DNA of 55,271 nt from a virus (lineage: Duplodnaviria > Caudoviricetes): IMG/VR virus record IMGVR_UViG_3300046804_000671, positions 1 through 55,271 of that record. One strand, given 5' to 3'. Positions 30,191 through 39,387 of this stretch are shown here, piece by piece. The notes under the pieces are model-generated. The model ran no database searches. It worked only from the letters and a program-made list of their open reading frames with translations, and was not told the origin of the DNA. The position numbers and the translations under genes are program-made. Every line of letters begins with the position of its first letter. Positions within the stretch are counted from its first letter, which is position 1.

Positions 30191-31253
30191 TTGCCTTGGA
30201 CTTGGTTTCGTCGCAGTAGATTGGCCAGTGGTTCGTGATGCCGTTGTCTTGATGGACAAACCAGAGCGCCTGAATTGGGCGTTCAGGCTTCGCACGTAGC
30301 TTGAGGTGGGCATACTCATCAAATCCTTTCAGGCTTCCGTTGATAATGATCTTCGGAGTAGGGAAGTAGGTGTGCCAGTGACCAAGCACCAGCACATCAT
30401 ACGGCATACCAATAGCAGACTGCGCGTTCCTGATCTTGAAGTCACCGCGCATCACCGGACCAATCAGTCCGATAATACCGTCACCACCGTTGACACCAAG
30501 GTTATCACCATGTGTCAGCAGGAACTTGGTATTATACACAGAGAACATCGCATCGGCCCCATCAGGGATCAAGAACTGGATGTTCGCATTCCCCTTATAA
30601 TGAGTCCTCAGAAGCTGGTACACGATCCAGTCGTAGTTCGTGTACTGCCTGTTCTTGAAGCGCGGCTTCTTGTTTGTGCGTCCATGATTGCCAGCAACGC
30701 CAACAACCCATACCTTGCCAAACTTCGCCAGAAACTTATCAATACCAGCAATAAGATTCTCTAGCAGATCAATAAGAACAGGGCCAGCAGGGACCTCGTT
30801 CGTGATCTCAAGTTCATCATGGATGTCTCCTGACACCATGTCACCACCCAGCATCAGGATAATACCCGGATACTTGGGGTTGACCATGTGTTCGTAGCAC
30901 AGGCTGATGGTCTTATCCACCAGACGGTGGAGACGCTGGCGTGCGATGGTCAGGTTGAACGAGTTCAGGCCATGCACCTGATTGCTCTTCACCACCTCAC
31001 CCCAATGGAAGTCAGACCAGATGGTCATGGGAATGCCGGGAGAGCCAGCATGGGCGGGCTTGGATGTCCAGACCGGAGGCACAGGCTTCCTGTCCTTGAC
31101 GCCAAGGATCAGTTCCTTGACCTTGTCCTCGGACAGAAGACGACCGTGCAAGGAATCAACCTCCTTGGCATAGTCGCGCACAGCAATGCGAAGCTGCTTG
31201 TTCTCAGCAGCCAGCACATTCTCAGCCGACAGGACTTCCTTCACGTTCTTCAC
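30165..31253 (-). CDS. Calcineurin-like metallophosphoesterase
   Basis: SDFHWG, GGDMVSG, GNHG, THGD and GHWH motifs. Confidence 0.85.
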   Translation of the reverse strand: MKNVKEVLSAENVLAAENKQLRIAVRDYAKEVDSLHGRLLSEDKVKELILGVKDRKPVPPVWTSKPAHAGSPGIPMTIWSDFHWGEVVKSNQVHGLNSFNLTIARQRLHRLVDKTISLCYEHMVNPKYPGIILMLGGDMVSGDIHDELEITNEVPAGPVLIDLLENLIAGIDKFLAKFGKVWVVGVAGNHGRTNKKPRFKNRQYTNYDWIVYQLLRTHYKGNANIQFLIPDGADAMFSVYNTKFLLTHGDNLGVNGGDGIIGLIGPVMRGDFKIRNAQSAIGMPYDVLVLGHWHTYFPTPKIIINGSLKGFDEYAHLKLRAKPERPIQALWFVHQDNGITNHWPIYCDETKSKASGKVFLAA

Positions 31254-31302
31254 TTAAGCTTCTCCAGTGCTGCTAGGCCGATGGCTTTAGTAATGGCCTT
31301 GT

Positions 31303-31599
31303 TTAAGCGCCAAGTCTTTTAAGAGTTTCTTTCTTTATTAGGTTCTTTAAGGCAGCTTCAAGCGTCTTACCCTTTGGCATTGCAGGAACAGTTGCTTCAT
31401 AGCAAGGATCATCCTTTGTCATAGAAAGATCTGTGATGGGATCATTGTATGGGGTCCCAAAACACGCACGCCAGTTAGTGGTAAACTTCATGATTGTGAA
31501 GTGACCATCATGATCTCTATCTGCAACTTCTTCTATTTTCTTCAGGAGTTCAAGAATTTTCTTTTCATTCTTGAATGTATCTTTTGTCCTAGGTGCCAA
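31303..31599 (-). CDS. Hypothetical protein
   Basis: AGGAG RBS before a TTG start; DGHFTIMKFTTNWRACFGT. Confidence 0.6.
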   Translation of the reverse strand: MAPRTKDTFKNEKKILELLKKIEEVADRDHDGHFTIMKFTTNWRACFGTPYNDPITDLSMTKDDPCYEATVPAMPKGKTLEAALKNLIKKETLKRLGA

Positions 31600-31618
31600 G
31601 AGACTTCTCCTTGTTTGT

Positions 31619-31786
31619 TCCGGTTACGACATCCGGAGTAGGCATTCGCCCCTACCGCTTTAATGTGCGTCCTGTGGTAGCCACACAGGATTAGCCTTGT
31701 GATTGTGGGCTAGTCTCTAGACGTAAGCATGCATGTCCGTGGTCTAACTAGCAGCATCCACGTAGCCGTTCCACAATCACAAAGAC
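31619..31786 (-). ncRNA. Candidate structured ncRNA / 5' leader (unassigned family)
   Basis: Long nested stem (31694-31708 with 31771-31786) plus three adjacent hairpins; non-coding; candidate promoter directly upstream. Confidence 0.55.
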
Positions 31787-31814
31787 ACTCTACACTAGAT
31801 CGAACTAACGTCAA
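31787..31814 (-). promoter_or_regulatory. Candidate sigma70 promoter
   Basis: TTGACG-N16-TAGAGT on the minus strand, just 3' of tRNA-Pro. Confidence 0.45.
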
Positions 31815-31822
31815 GAAGAAAA

Positions 31823-31899
31823 TGGTCGGAGTAGCAGGATTCGAACCTACGACCCTCTGCTCCCAAAGCAGATGCTCTACCAAGCTGAGCTACACTCCG
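31823..31899 (-). tRNA. tRNA-Pro(UGG)
   Basis: Full cloverleaf, TTCGAAT T-loop, anticodon loop TTTGGGA, encoded CCA. Confidence 0.95.
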
Positions 31900-31912
31900 T
31901 GCCATTTAGTCT

Positions 31913-33820
31913 TTAAGTGAGGTCCACGACCTCGCATACTCCTGCGGAACACGCAAGGTCTTGCGAACCTGTCGTTCTGTCTCCCTGTTCAAACTTCCCA
32001 AGCTCTCTCCAATCAATAGCCGTAGGCATAGAACTGAGAAGCTTCTCGTAAGTCTCCTTATCGCATTCCTCATAGGGGGCCTGTCTGTATGAGTGGTCTG
32101 AGTGAGGCAGGAACGAGATGCCTGACACTTCATCGAAGTGCTTCCAGACCCACGCACCAACCTCAACCCATTCATGTTCCTTCACCGTCACAGTGATTGA
32201 CGGCTTGTGTTCGCACCAATGACGCTGAATCTTGAGCCAAAGTTCAAGCTGCTCGATGGCACTGAGATCGTTCCGCGTGATGCTTCCTTCCGGAGCCTTG
32301 ATCGGGAAGGAGAACACGGCGGTCGCCTCAGGTTTCATCACATCATCTTCAACCGGGATATTAGCCAGCGACATAAATGTAGTAATTGGGTCCTTCTTGT
32401 CCCCGCGAACGCGCCGAATATAATAAGGGCTGTGACGTGCATGAATACCACTAGCACTATCAACAAGCTGGCTAACCGTACCAGAAGGCTTGACGCAAGT
32501 GACGGCAGTCGATTGATTGATGCCAAGCTTCTCCGAAAGCTTCTTGTTAACAAAGACAGCATGATCTCTCCACGCCTCAAGATGTTCAGCAGGAGCGTCA
32601 TACACAAACTTGCTATCAAGGATGCCAGTCAGCGAGACTCCAAGCAGCCGCTCTTCCTCAGTGTTCTTCTTCCAGATACGACGAAGATAACGGAAGTCAG
32701 TCATGGTTGACTGGATTGTGCCAAGAATAGCGGCGACCTCGACCTTACGCATCATATCGTTATGGTCATCACCGGCACGGCACACCAGTTCAGTCAGGTT
32801 ACAGAACTGGTAAGGACGCAGGATGATCTCGGAGCAGGGGTTGGTTCCCCACTCATGACCACCCTCGCGACGACCGTTCTTTACAGCCTGCTTCTCGGAA
32901 GCTACTCTGTTAAAAATACCACGCTCTCCTGACTTGCTTTGGTAAAGAGCCAGCCATTCCTGCATGAAACTCCCAGTGTCGGGTCTTTCGGTATAACACA
33001 CAGAGTTATTTGCGAGAGCGCGTTGGGGTTCTGTTTCCCACCAAGCTCCTGACTTTGCTTGGCGCATTCTGTCATCGCTAAGGTTAGAAAGAGAAATAAG
33101 AGCAGAACGACGAACCCCGCCCACGACCACAACTTCCGCAACCTTGCAAGCAAGGTCATGGCACTCGATACTTGTGAGTTTTCTTCCCTTTGCATTCTGG
33201 AACAACCTTACTGCAAACTTAAACAAATCAACAAGAGGCTCAGGACCTGAGGCACGACCTCCGAAAGTCTTGAGGCGAGCGCCAGCAGGACGTACCTTAG
33301 ACACATCCCACTTGGGAATGCGACCACCGTACAGCATTGATACAAGTTCGCGGAACGCCTTTGCCCAGCCTTCCTTGCTATCCTCAACTACAATTGTAGT
33401 AGATGATTCATCGAACTGGTCCGAGATCACAGGGAGTTCGTTAACAAATTGACGCTCAACGCTAAACCCAACCCCAGTGCCACACATAAGGATATATAGC
33501 AACTCGTCAAACGCTCGCTGATCATCAATAGGAAGGTAGCTACAATTATACCCAGCCACATTGCAACGCTCCAGAGCAGGGCCAGCCGTCATCATGGCGC
33601 GCATAGACGGCATAACATCAAGGTTGATGATCGATGTGCGAATCTTGTTGAGGGTCTTGGCATCAAAGGAGAAGTCAAAGTTCTCCTTCAGATGATTTGT
33701 AAAGAAACTAATATATCTATCTACAGTCTCCTCCCATGTCTCTCTGCGTTGCTTATCATCAAGATATCGTGCATATCTTGATGCATGGATGAAAGACTGG
33801 TAATCTGTAGGTAGTGACAT
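31913..33820 (-). CDS. nrdJ: Class II (adenosylcobalamin-dependent) ribonucleotide reductase, RTPR-type
   Basis: MPSMR, YNCSY, GGVRRSA, TNPCSE, QFCNL, VKPSGTVS and C-terminal ACSAGVCE; no beta subunit gene nearby. Confidence 0.92.
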   Translation of the reverse strand: MSLPTDYQSFIHASRYARYLDDKQRRETWEETVDRYISFFTNHLKENFDFSFDAKTLNKIRTSIINLDVMPSMRAMMTAGPALERCNVAGYNCSYLPIDDQRAFDELLYILMCGTGVGFSVERQFVNELPVISDQFDESSTTIVVEDSKEGWAKAFRELVSMLYGGRIPKWDVSKVRPAGARLKTFGGRASGPEPLVDLFKFAVRLFQNAKGRKLTSIECHDLACKVAEVVVVGGVRRSALISLSNLSDDRMRQAKSGAWWETEPQRALANNSVCYTERPDTGSFMQEWLALYQSKSGERGIFNRVASEKQAVKNGRREGGHEWGTNPCSEIILRPYQFCNLTELVCRAGDDHNDMMRKVEVAAILGTIQSTMTDFRYLRRIWKKNTEEERLLGVSLTGILDSKFVYDAPAEHLEAWRDHAVFVNKKLSEKLGINQSTAVTCVKPSGTVSQLVDSASGIHARHSPYYIRRVRGDKKDPITTFMSLANIPVEDDVMKPEATAVFSFPIKAPEGSITRNDLSAIEQLELWLKIQRHWCEHKPSITVTVKEHEWVEVGAWVWKHFDEVSGISFLPHSDHSYRQAPYEECDKETYEKLLSSMPTAIDWRELGKFEQGDRTTGSQDLACSAGVCEVVDLT

Positions 33821-33863
33821 ATTGATCTCCAAAACCCCCATTATACTAGATGTAGCTTAAATG

Positions 33864-34322
33864 TCAAGCCACATCGAATGCGCGTGTGCCAGTTGATCCG
33901 AACCCACCAGCGCCACGGTCAGTTTCGTCTAGCAGACCATCAACAAACTGGACCCGTTCGTATCTGGCGATTACCATCTGAGCGATGCGGTCGCCCTGAT
34001 TGATGGGGAACGGCTCGGTGCCAAAGTTCATGAGGATGACGCTGATCTCACCACGGTAGTCAGAGTCGATGGTGCCGGGGCTGTTCAGGACCATGACGCC
34101 CTTCTTGGCAGCAAGGCCTGAGCGTGACCGAATCTGGGCCTCAAGACCCACAGGAAGGCCAAGCTTGACGCCAGTAGGAACCATGACGCGCTGCCCCGGA
34201 AGCAGCACGATAACGTCCCTAGAGGCAGACACAAGGTCATACCCAGCAGACCCAGCGGTGGCACGCTCCGGGTTGGGAGGGAGCCATCCGTCTCGCTCAA
34301 TCTTCTCAATCTTTGCAAACAT
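33864..34322 (-). CDS. dut: Trimeric dUTPase
   Basis: [25 protein letters not shown] and [10 protein letters not shown] motifs. Confidence 0.95.
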   Translation of the reverse strand: MFAKIEKIERDGWLPPNPERATAGSAGYDLVSASRDVIVLLPGQRVMVPTGVKLGLPVGLEAQIRSRSGLAAKKGVMVLNSPGTIDSDYRGEISVILMNFGTEPFPINQGDRIAQMVIARYERVQFVDGLLDETDRGAGGFGSTGTRAFDVA

Positions 34323-34334
34323 ATCTCACCTATC

Positions 34335-34408
34335 TGGAGCGGGCAAAGGGATTCGAACCCTTCTCTTCAGCTTGGAAGGCTGAGGCACAGCCCCTATACC
34401 ATGCCCGC
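34335..34408 (-). tRNA. tRNA-Gly(UCC)
   Basis: GCGGGCA acceptor stem, loop CTTCCAA, TTCGAAT, TCCA end. Confidence 0.93.
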
Positions 34409-34412
34409 TGTG

Positions 34413-34529
34413 TTACATACAGAACCGAATGTGTGACAGATAGTAGAGGCCACCAATCACACACATTGCAAACAGGATGGCCGCACTAAAGATAGACCAA
34501 GCCACAATCTTTGTGATTAAGTCTTTCAT
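34413..34529 (-). CDS. Small membrane protein (38 aa)
   Basis: MKDLITKIVAWSIFSAAILFAMCVIGGLYY; fills the gap in the operon. Confidence 0.45.
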   Translation of the reverse strand: MKDLITKIVAWSIFSAAILFAMCVIGGLYYLSHIRFCM

Positions 34530-34531
34530 AT

Positions 34532-34774
34532 CTACCCCTGAAAGTTAGGACGAGTAGCCAGACCACAATACCCATGAGTCTCTGACTCAATGTAGGGAGG
34601 CGGGTCAGTGCGGTAGTCACGACCATCCTCAATGATCATCATGTCATGCTTAGGATTCCAGTCAGGATTCAACTCAGGCTTCCACCTCCACATGGCGCAA
34701 CCAGAGCCAAGGCAAACATCCTTGTGAACTGGGCACGAATATGATTTAGACCTCATATCGATGATATACATCAC
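34532..34774 (-). CDS. Cys-rich hypothetical protein
   Basis: CP...CLGSGCAMWRW...GYCGLA. Confidence 0.6.
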   Translation of the reverse strand: MMYIIDMRSKSYSCPVHKDVCLGSGCAMWRWKPELNPDWNPKHDMMIIEDGRDYRTDPPPYIESETHGYCGLATRPNFQG

Positions 34775-35103
34775 TTGTTCCCCTTCATGATATGCTCAGG
34801 CATCTGCATGAAACCCTTCATGGCTTCCTTCCAGATGCCCTCGATGTACGGAAGTTCCTTGTCCTGCATTACCTGAGCCATAGCCATGACGGCCTGCCTG
34901 TGGTGGGCAAGGAGAAGGTCTGTCGTGCCACGCAGGGTCTTGAGGTAGGTGTCGACGGGCTGGCCGCCCTTCTTCTCCTGCTCCTTGTAGGCGCACAGTT
35001 GCTTCCAAGTTAGGCCATCAGGCACATACTCGGACGGCTCGACGGCATACACCAGATTGCTAAGCCGCTCTACTTCCTTCTCAAGTTCTTCAATCTTGCT
35101 CAT
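34771..35103 (-). CDS. Hypothetical protein
   Basis: AGGTG RBS; coupled to the next ORF. Confidence 0.6.
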   Translation of the reverse strand: MSKIEELEKEVERLSNLVYAVEPSEYVPDGLTWKQLCAYKEQEKKGGQPVDTYLKTLRGTTDLLLAHHRQAVMAMAQVMQDKELPYIEGIWKEAMKGFMQMPEHIMKGNK

Positions 35104-35117
35104 GCTTCACCTGTAGT

Positions 35118-35207
35118 TGGCGGAAGGGGCGCGATTCGAACGCGCGGTGCAGTTTCCCACACGCTAGTTTTCAAGACTAGAGCCTTAAACCACTCGGCCA
35201 CCCTTCC
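35118..35207 (-). tRNA. tRNA-Ser(UGA)
   Basis: 90 nt with long variable arm, loop CTTGAAA, GCCA end. Confidence 0.93.
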
Positions 35208-35452
35208 TAGTTGCAAATGAATCCGTTGCCAATCTTGGCGCAGGACTTACGCTCACCCAGAAAATACACACCACCAAAGTTAGTGATGCTCTCTCCGGTT
35301 GTATAAGTACTCGTCGTGGTTCCATCAGTGGTCACGCCACTCGGGAATGTCGGTGAGTAGATCGGATACTCCTGCCCTCTAACTTCCCTGAATGTAATCA
35401 GTGAAATCATAAGGACAATAAACCCGAACACAAGCCAGCTAAACCAGTTCAT
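35207..35452 (-). CDS. Hypothetical protein with N-terminal TM/signal
   Basis: MNWFSWLVFGFIVLMISLI. Confidence 0.5.
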   Translation of the reverse strand: MNWFSWLVFGFIVLMISLITFREVRGQEYPIYSPTFPSGVTTDGTTTSTYTTGESITNFGGVYFLGERKSCAKIGNGFICN

Positions 35453-35592
35453 GTGTCTTCTTCTTTCTGTAGAGCCAAGTGGTATGCAGGGCACGCACAC
35501 TTGTATGTGTATAGAAAGGTTCAGGCATGTACATCGGAGGCATGTACTGGTTCAACAGTACTGCCTCGATGAACTTGGCTGGAGTGATGTCC

Positions 35593-35811
35593 TTAAGACG
35601 CACTGAACTGGTCCTTGTAGACATGACCTCCAGCAATCAGAAGCATCTGGAAGACGTTGCCATGTGACTCGGAGTTGATGGAGTACGCCATCTCACCATC
35701 CTTTGTCAAGGCAATAACAACGAACTCCTCGTATTCTTCCTTCAGCCTGTCGATAACACTGGAGGGAATCTTGCCAGACTTCTTGCTCATCTTAACAACG
35801 TTGTCGCTCAC
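35593..35811 (-). CDS. Hypothetical protein
   Basis: GGAGG RBS before GTG. Confidence 0.55.
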   Translation of the reverse strand: MSDNVVKMSKKSGKIPSSVIDRLKEEYEEFVVIALTKDGEMAYSINSESHGNVFQMLLIAGGHVYKDQFSAS

Positions 35812-35812
35812 A

Positions 35813-36052
35813 TCACCCTCCAAGTTTCTTTTGTACAAGCCAAGCTATCTTATCTAGGCACAGCTTGCCAAGTCTTTCCTTTGTGTATCCAGAATAACCA
35901 TAATCATCACTGGTGTCTATAGTATGAGGATACACATTAATTCTCCAACCTTCTTGCTTAGAATATGATACATCTACAAGATCATAATCTTTTGAGGTTT
36001 TTACGAGATTAAGAAGTTTGTCAAGCTGTTCAGTGTCGTCTTTACTAAGCAT
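35813..36052 (-). CDS. Hypothetical protein
   Basis: GGAG RBS; AT-rich. Confidence 0.55.
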   Translation of the reverse strand: MLSKDDTEQLDKLLNLVKTSKDYDLVDVSYSKQEGWRINVYPHTIDTSDDYGYSGYTKERLGKLCLDKIAWLVQKKLGG

Positions 36053-36068
36053 GTCAGACTCCAGCAAT

Positions 36069-36145
36069 TGGCGTGCCCGACTGGACTTGAACCAGTAACC
36101 CTCAGCTTAGAAGGCTGATGCTCTTTCCAGTTGAGCTACGGGCAC
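36069..36145 (-). tRNA. tRNA-Arg(UCU)
   Basis: Cloverleaf, loop CTTCTAA, GCCA end. Confidence 0.93.
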
Positions 36146-36153
36146 TAGACAAT

Positions 36154-36228
36154 TGGTGCTGGGTGAGGGATTCGAACCCCCAACCTTGGCCTTACAAAGA
36201 CCCTGCACTACCGTTGTGCTAACCCAGC
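36154..36228 (-). tRNA. tRNA-Thr(UGU)
   Basis: GCTGGGT/ACCCAGC acceptor, loop TTTGTAA, ACCA end; weak anticodon stem (G-A mismatch, U-G pair). Confidence 0.85.
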
Positions 36229-36626
36229 GAATCAGAACCATTTGGATATCCAAGCATGGCCTTGGATTCAAGTTCTTTCCTCTTCTCCTCATCCATTTTA
36301 TATCTGAGGAACATATTCTTTTGATCAATCCACGCCTGATGTGCTGTGGCAGCAGTAATGGAGAACGGAGAAGCGTCAGCCTGATTCTTGCCATCGAGAG
36401 CGTTGGCAACCTTGGAGGCGATGCGGGCTTCCTCCTTCTCGATGGCCTTCTTCAAATACCAAGAGGCCTTCTTCAAGTCCTCAAGATGGCTTCCCTTGTA
36501 CGGTGCGCGAGCAACATACTTAATGACATTACCGCAAGCGAAGTCAAGGTTCCATGCTTCGATGAAGTCATAGACCTCGATGCTGCCAGCGGTGTAGTGT
36601 CTAGGATGGTTGATCTTGTCAGACAT
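36219..36626 (-). CDS. DUF3310 (T7 gp1.7-like nucleotide kinase family) protein
   Basis: INHPRHY...IEVYDFI...GNVIKYVARAPYKG...EDLKKASWYL. Confidence 0.85.
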   Translation of the reverse strand: MSDKINHPRHYTAGSIEVYDFIEAWNLDFACGNVIKYVARAPYKGSHLEDLKKASWYLKKAIEKEEARIASKVANALDGKNQADASPFSITAATAHQAWIDQKNMFLRYKMDEEKRKELESKAMLGYPNGSDSLG

Positions 36627-36953
36627 GATAGCACCTAAAGAATAGCGCAGACGAAAATGCCAAGGCAGAACGCGGTGATGCAGTTGGAGATAGTGTTGGA
36701 GACTTCAGCCTTCCAACCAATCTTGTCGTAATCCTTCATGCGGCACCTTGCTGTTCGTTGCAAGCCAAGAAATACATATCGATGATGTCAATCATCTTCT
36801 GTCTCCTGAACGTGACATTGCTGTCAGGCATCAATGAATCATACAGCCTGACGAAGTAAGACAGGCCCATCGTAGACACGTTGTCCTTGTTGAGTCCGAC
36901 CAGCAAACCATTGGTCACGGCATGCGACAGTCCACCAAGCATAACGTTCATGG

Positions 36954-37397
36954 CTATATCAGCCCAGTTCGTATTGACTCCCTGAAGTCCGAACGAATCT
37001 GTTCGAACTTCATTATAGCCTTCTGGTTTGTCTTCAATTCTGACCGGCTCTTTACTCCGCAGAACTTTCTTACCGCCTTTGCCGCTTCGTCCTCGGACTG
37101 CCCGCTTGACAGTTTTTCTTTCACGAGCCATTGTTGAAACCTTTCATTCCTGCATAGGGCGGCTGCCGATCTGTGTGCCCGCTCACCCATCTCCATTAGG
37201 TAAGGTTTCTGCACAGAGCCATCGTCAGACATCTGGACTGCTGCGACCATGAAGATACCACCGATCTTCATATCAAGCAGGATATCAGTCACATCATCGG
37301 GTGCTACAACAAGCGTGATCTTTGCGGTCTTGTCAGCGTTAGGCTCAATCGAAGTTAGTAGTGCTTCGAATCGGTAAGCTGATTCCGAAATGCTCAT
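36954..37397 (-). CDS. Hypothetical protein
   Basis: GGAGG RBS; LCRNERFQQWL...CGVKSRSEL. Confidence 0.6.
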   Translation of the reverse strand: MSISESAYRFEALLTSIEPNADKTAKITLVVAPDDVTDILLDMKIGGIFMVAAVQMSDDGSVQKPYLMEMGERAHRSAAALCRNERFQQWLVKEKLSSGQSEDEAAKAVRKFCGVKSRSELKTNQKAIMKFEQIRSDFRESIRTGLI

Positions 37398-37650
37398 TGA
37401 GAAAATCCTCCGGGTTGACACCCTGAAGTTCCCACCATAGACGCTCATCTCCATTAGCATGCAGATCCATATGGTGCGTGCGGCACAGCGGAACTGTATA
37501 CTTGTCGTCAACCTTCATTGCCATTGCCTTGGGTTGAGCGAACGTGAGGTGATGAGCGTCTACGGTGGTAGTTCTACATATGAGACAGGGAAAGCTACGC
37601 ACCCGCCTCATATGTAGTTTGCTTCTAGACCGACGATCTTTCCTTATCAA
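37345..37650 (-). CDS. DUF968-like Zn/HNH-type protein
   Basis: PCLIC...DAHH...TVPLCRTHH..LH; typically next to ERF genes. Confidence 0.7.
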   Translation of the reverse strand: MIRKDRRSRSKLHMRRVRSFPCLICRTTTVDAHHLTFAQPKAMAMKVDDKYTVPLCRTHHMDLHANGDERLWWELQGVNPEDFLNEHFGISLPIRSTTNFD

Positions 37651-37904
37651 AATGGAACGTCATCGTCGTTGGTAGAAGCACGCTGCCCGCCACTGTTGTT
37701 GCTCTTCTCATAGGGGGCAGACACACGAAGGCTGATGTACTTGCTACCAGCCTTCGAAGTCTTGAGCCAGCCAGCAAGCTGAATCTTCTCAGCCCCGCTC
37801 TGGACAAGATCGATCAGTTCCTTGTCAACGTCAATGTTCCCGTTGTAGTCGGGAGCCTTGTCGTTGCGCTTTTGCTTAACCTTGAACAATGCACCAAACG
37901 GCAT
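37647..37904 (-). CDS. Putative single-stranded DNA-binding protein
   Basis: KAPDYNG, AGWLK and YISL motifs; acidic DDDVPF C-terminal tail. Confidence 0.7.
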   Translation of the reverse strand: MPFGALFKVKQKRNDKAPDYNGNIDVDKELIDLVQSGAEKIQLAGWLKTSKAGSKYISLRVSAPYEKSNNSGGQRASTNDDDVPF

Positions 37905-37913
37905 ATCAATCTC

Positions 37914-38639
37914 CTAGAGTTCGCTCTTACGCTTCTTGAGGTACTCAAGAGCCTCGTTGAACAAGGCTTCGTTATTATTCTTCAGGTAGTCGATGGCCTT
38001 CTTGTTGTTGGCCTCTCGATACCAATCGTTCAATTCATCCTTGGACCGCGCCATGTCGGCGCACATCTTGACTGCCTTGAGAAGAACCTCGCACGACTTC
38101 TCTTGCGTGTCAAGCTTCGGAAGCGGCGGAAGCTCATCATCTTCCTGCTTCTTGGCATGCTTGTGGTTCTCGTCCTTCTCAGGATCGTCGCCAGTGGCAA
38201 GGCTGAACAGCTTGAGTAGTGCGTACTTTGACGCACCAGTCATAGCCTTGTAGATACCCTTGTCACCAACGCCGTTGCGGTTCTTGTCATTCCCTGCGGC
38301 AGCGACATTGAACTCGATGAAGTCACCGCTGACATGATACAGGCGGTAGTTCACGATGATGTTCGTGTTGCCGTGCTGATCCTGATTCACAGTGTCAACA
38401 TGAGGAATAAGCATAAGTCCATTCGCAACCATGTGGGGACGAACGGATTCAACAACATCAGCCTCAGTAGCATAGTCGTAACCATGGAAATCGTTACGGC
38501 CAGTCTTCGCCACCATCCCCGTCGCCTTCATGACGTTGAGGATCGCCTGAAATAGAGGCTTGGTACTGGGAGCAGAACTGGGAAACTGAACAGTAGTTCC
38601 CTTCGCATCTGACGTTTCGTCCGTGACGGAGTTGGACAT
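37914..38639 (-). CDS. erf: ERF-family single-strand annealing protein
   Basis: KTGRNDFHGYDYA and DKGIYKAMTGASKYALLKLF..DDPE motifs. Confidence 0.85.
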   Translation of the reverse strand: MSNSVTDETSDAKGTTVQFPSSAPSTKPLFQAILNVMKATGMVAKTGRNDFHGYDYATEADVVESVRPHMVANGLMLIPHVDTVNQDQHGNTNIIVNYRLYHVSGDFIEFNVAAAGNDKNRNGVGDKGIYKAMTGASKYALLKLFSLATGDDPEKDENHKHAKKQEDDELPPLPKLDTQEKSCEVLLKAVKMCADMARSKDELNDWYREANNKKAIDYLKNNNEALFNEALEYLKKRKSEL

Positions 38640-39387
38640 AGCTTCCTGCTTTCGACTCGCTGACATCTTCAGCTTCCTTTCTGCTGTTACAAAGCTTTAT
38701 AGCACGCTTGTACTTTGGATGCAATACTGCATACTTGGTTTCTGTACTCCACATATCCTCCGCTGTACAGAGGTAGTTCTCTGTGGCAATGGTATGGAAT
38801 GCAACTCTACGCTTGATGTACTCATCTCTAGTCTCAAAAGACCAGAGAGTAATTGGAATCTTTACTATAGGAGCCTTAGGATAGTTGTACTCACCAACCT
38901 TCCTGCGGTTCCAGTCCCTGACTATAGCATAAATCTCAAGTCCGTCAACAGTCACGCCCTTCTCTTTTTCAACAAGCCAAGCGTAACAATTGAGTTGACG
39001 TTCCCATTCCTTCTTGCCTGCCATGACAGAGTATGCCGAGGTGAACTTGTAGTCACCAATGACATTCCTGCCATCGCTAGTGCGCTGCATGTCGATGCCG
39101 CCGCTGATGGTGATGTCTCCAACACGGGAGAATACTCGCTCTTCAGCACGCTCGGTGCCGTCCGTGTGTGTCTCTGCAATAAGATGCAGCGCAGATCCGA
39201 CGAGCCTCCAGATTTCTTCCGACAAGTCTGTGGTGATTTCATCTGCATGCTTCTCTTTCAGCTTGACAATCCTAGGACTATCTATAAGCTGCGTGATGGA
39301 CATATCAGACTTTCCACGGCTATAAGAAAACCGCTTCACGGCGTTCATAAGAGACTGTGGCAAGTCATACTTGTTGGTGATCGGCAT
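38494..39387 (-). CDS. PD-(D/E)XK exonuclease, Cas4/RecB-like
   Basis: GSALH, GGID, GDYK and QLNCY motifs; C-terminal RCEGNYC...FC cluster; start at MPITNK. Confidence 0.8.
   Translation of the reverse strand: MPITNKYDLPQSLMNAVKRFSYSRGKSDMSITQLIDSPRIVKLKEKHADEITTDLSEEIWRLVGSALHLIAETHTDGTERAEERVFSRVGDITISGGIDMQRTSDGRNVIGDYKFTSAYSVMAGKKEWERQLNCYAWLVEKEKGVTVDGLEIYAIVRDWNRRKVGEYNYPKAPIVKIPITLWSFETRDEYIKRRVAFHTIATENYLCTAEDMWSTETKYAVLHPKYKRAIKLCNSRKEAEDVSESKAGSYVQLRHGRNVRCEGNYCSVSQFCSQYQASISGDPQRHEGDGDGGEDWP

Noticed and set aside
36154-36228. Reading this tRNA as Tyr(GUA) or as a suppressor; genetic code reassignment
   Set aside because: The canonical 7-nt loop register gives UGU (Thr). Genes are intact in the standard code and all three stops are used.
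38494-39387. Cas4-like gene as evidence of a CRISPR-Cas system
   Set aside because: It sits with ERF, SSB and RusA, the usual phage recombination exonuclease context.
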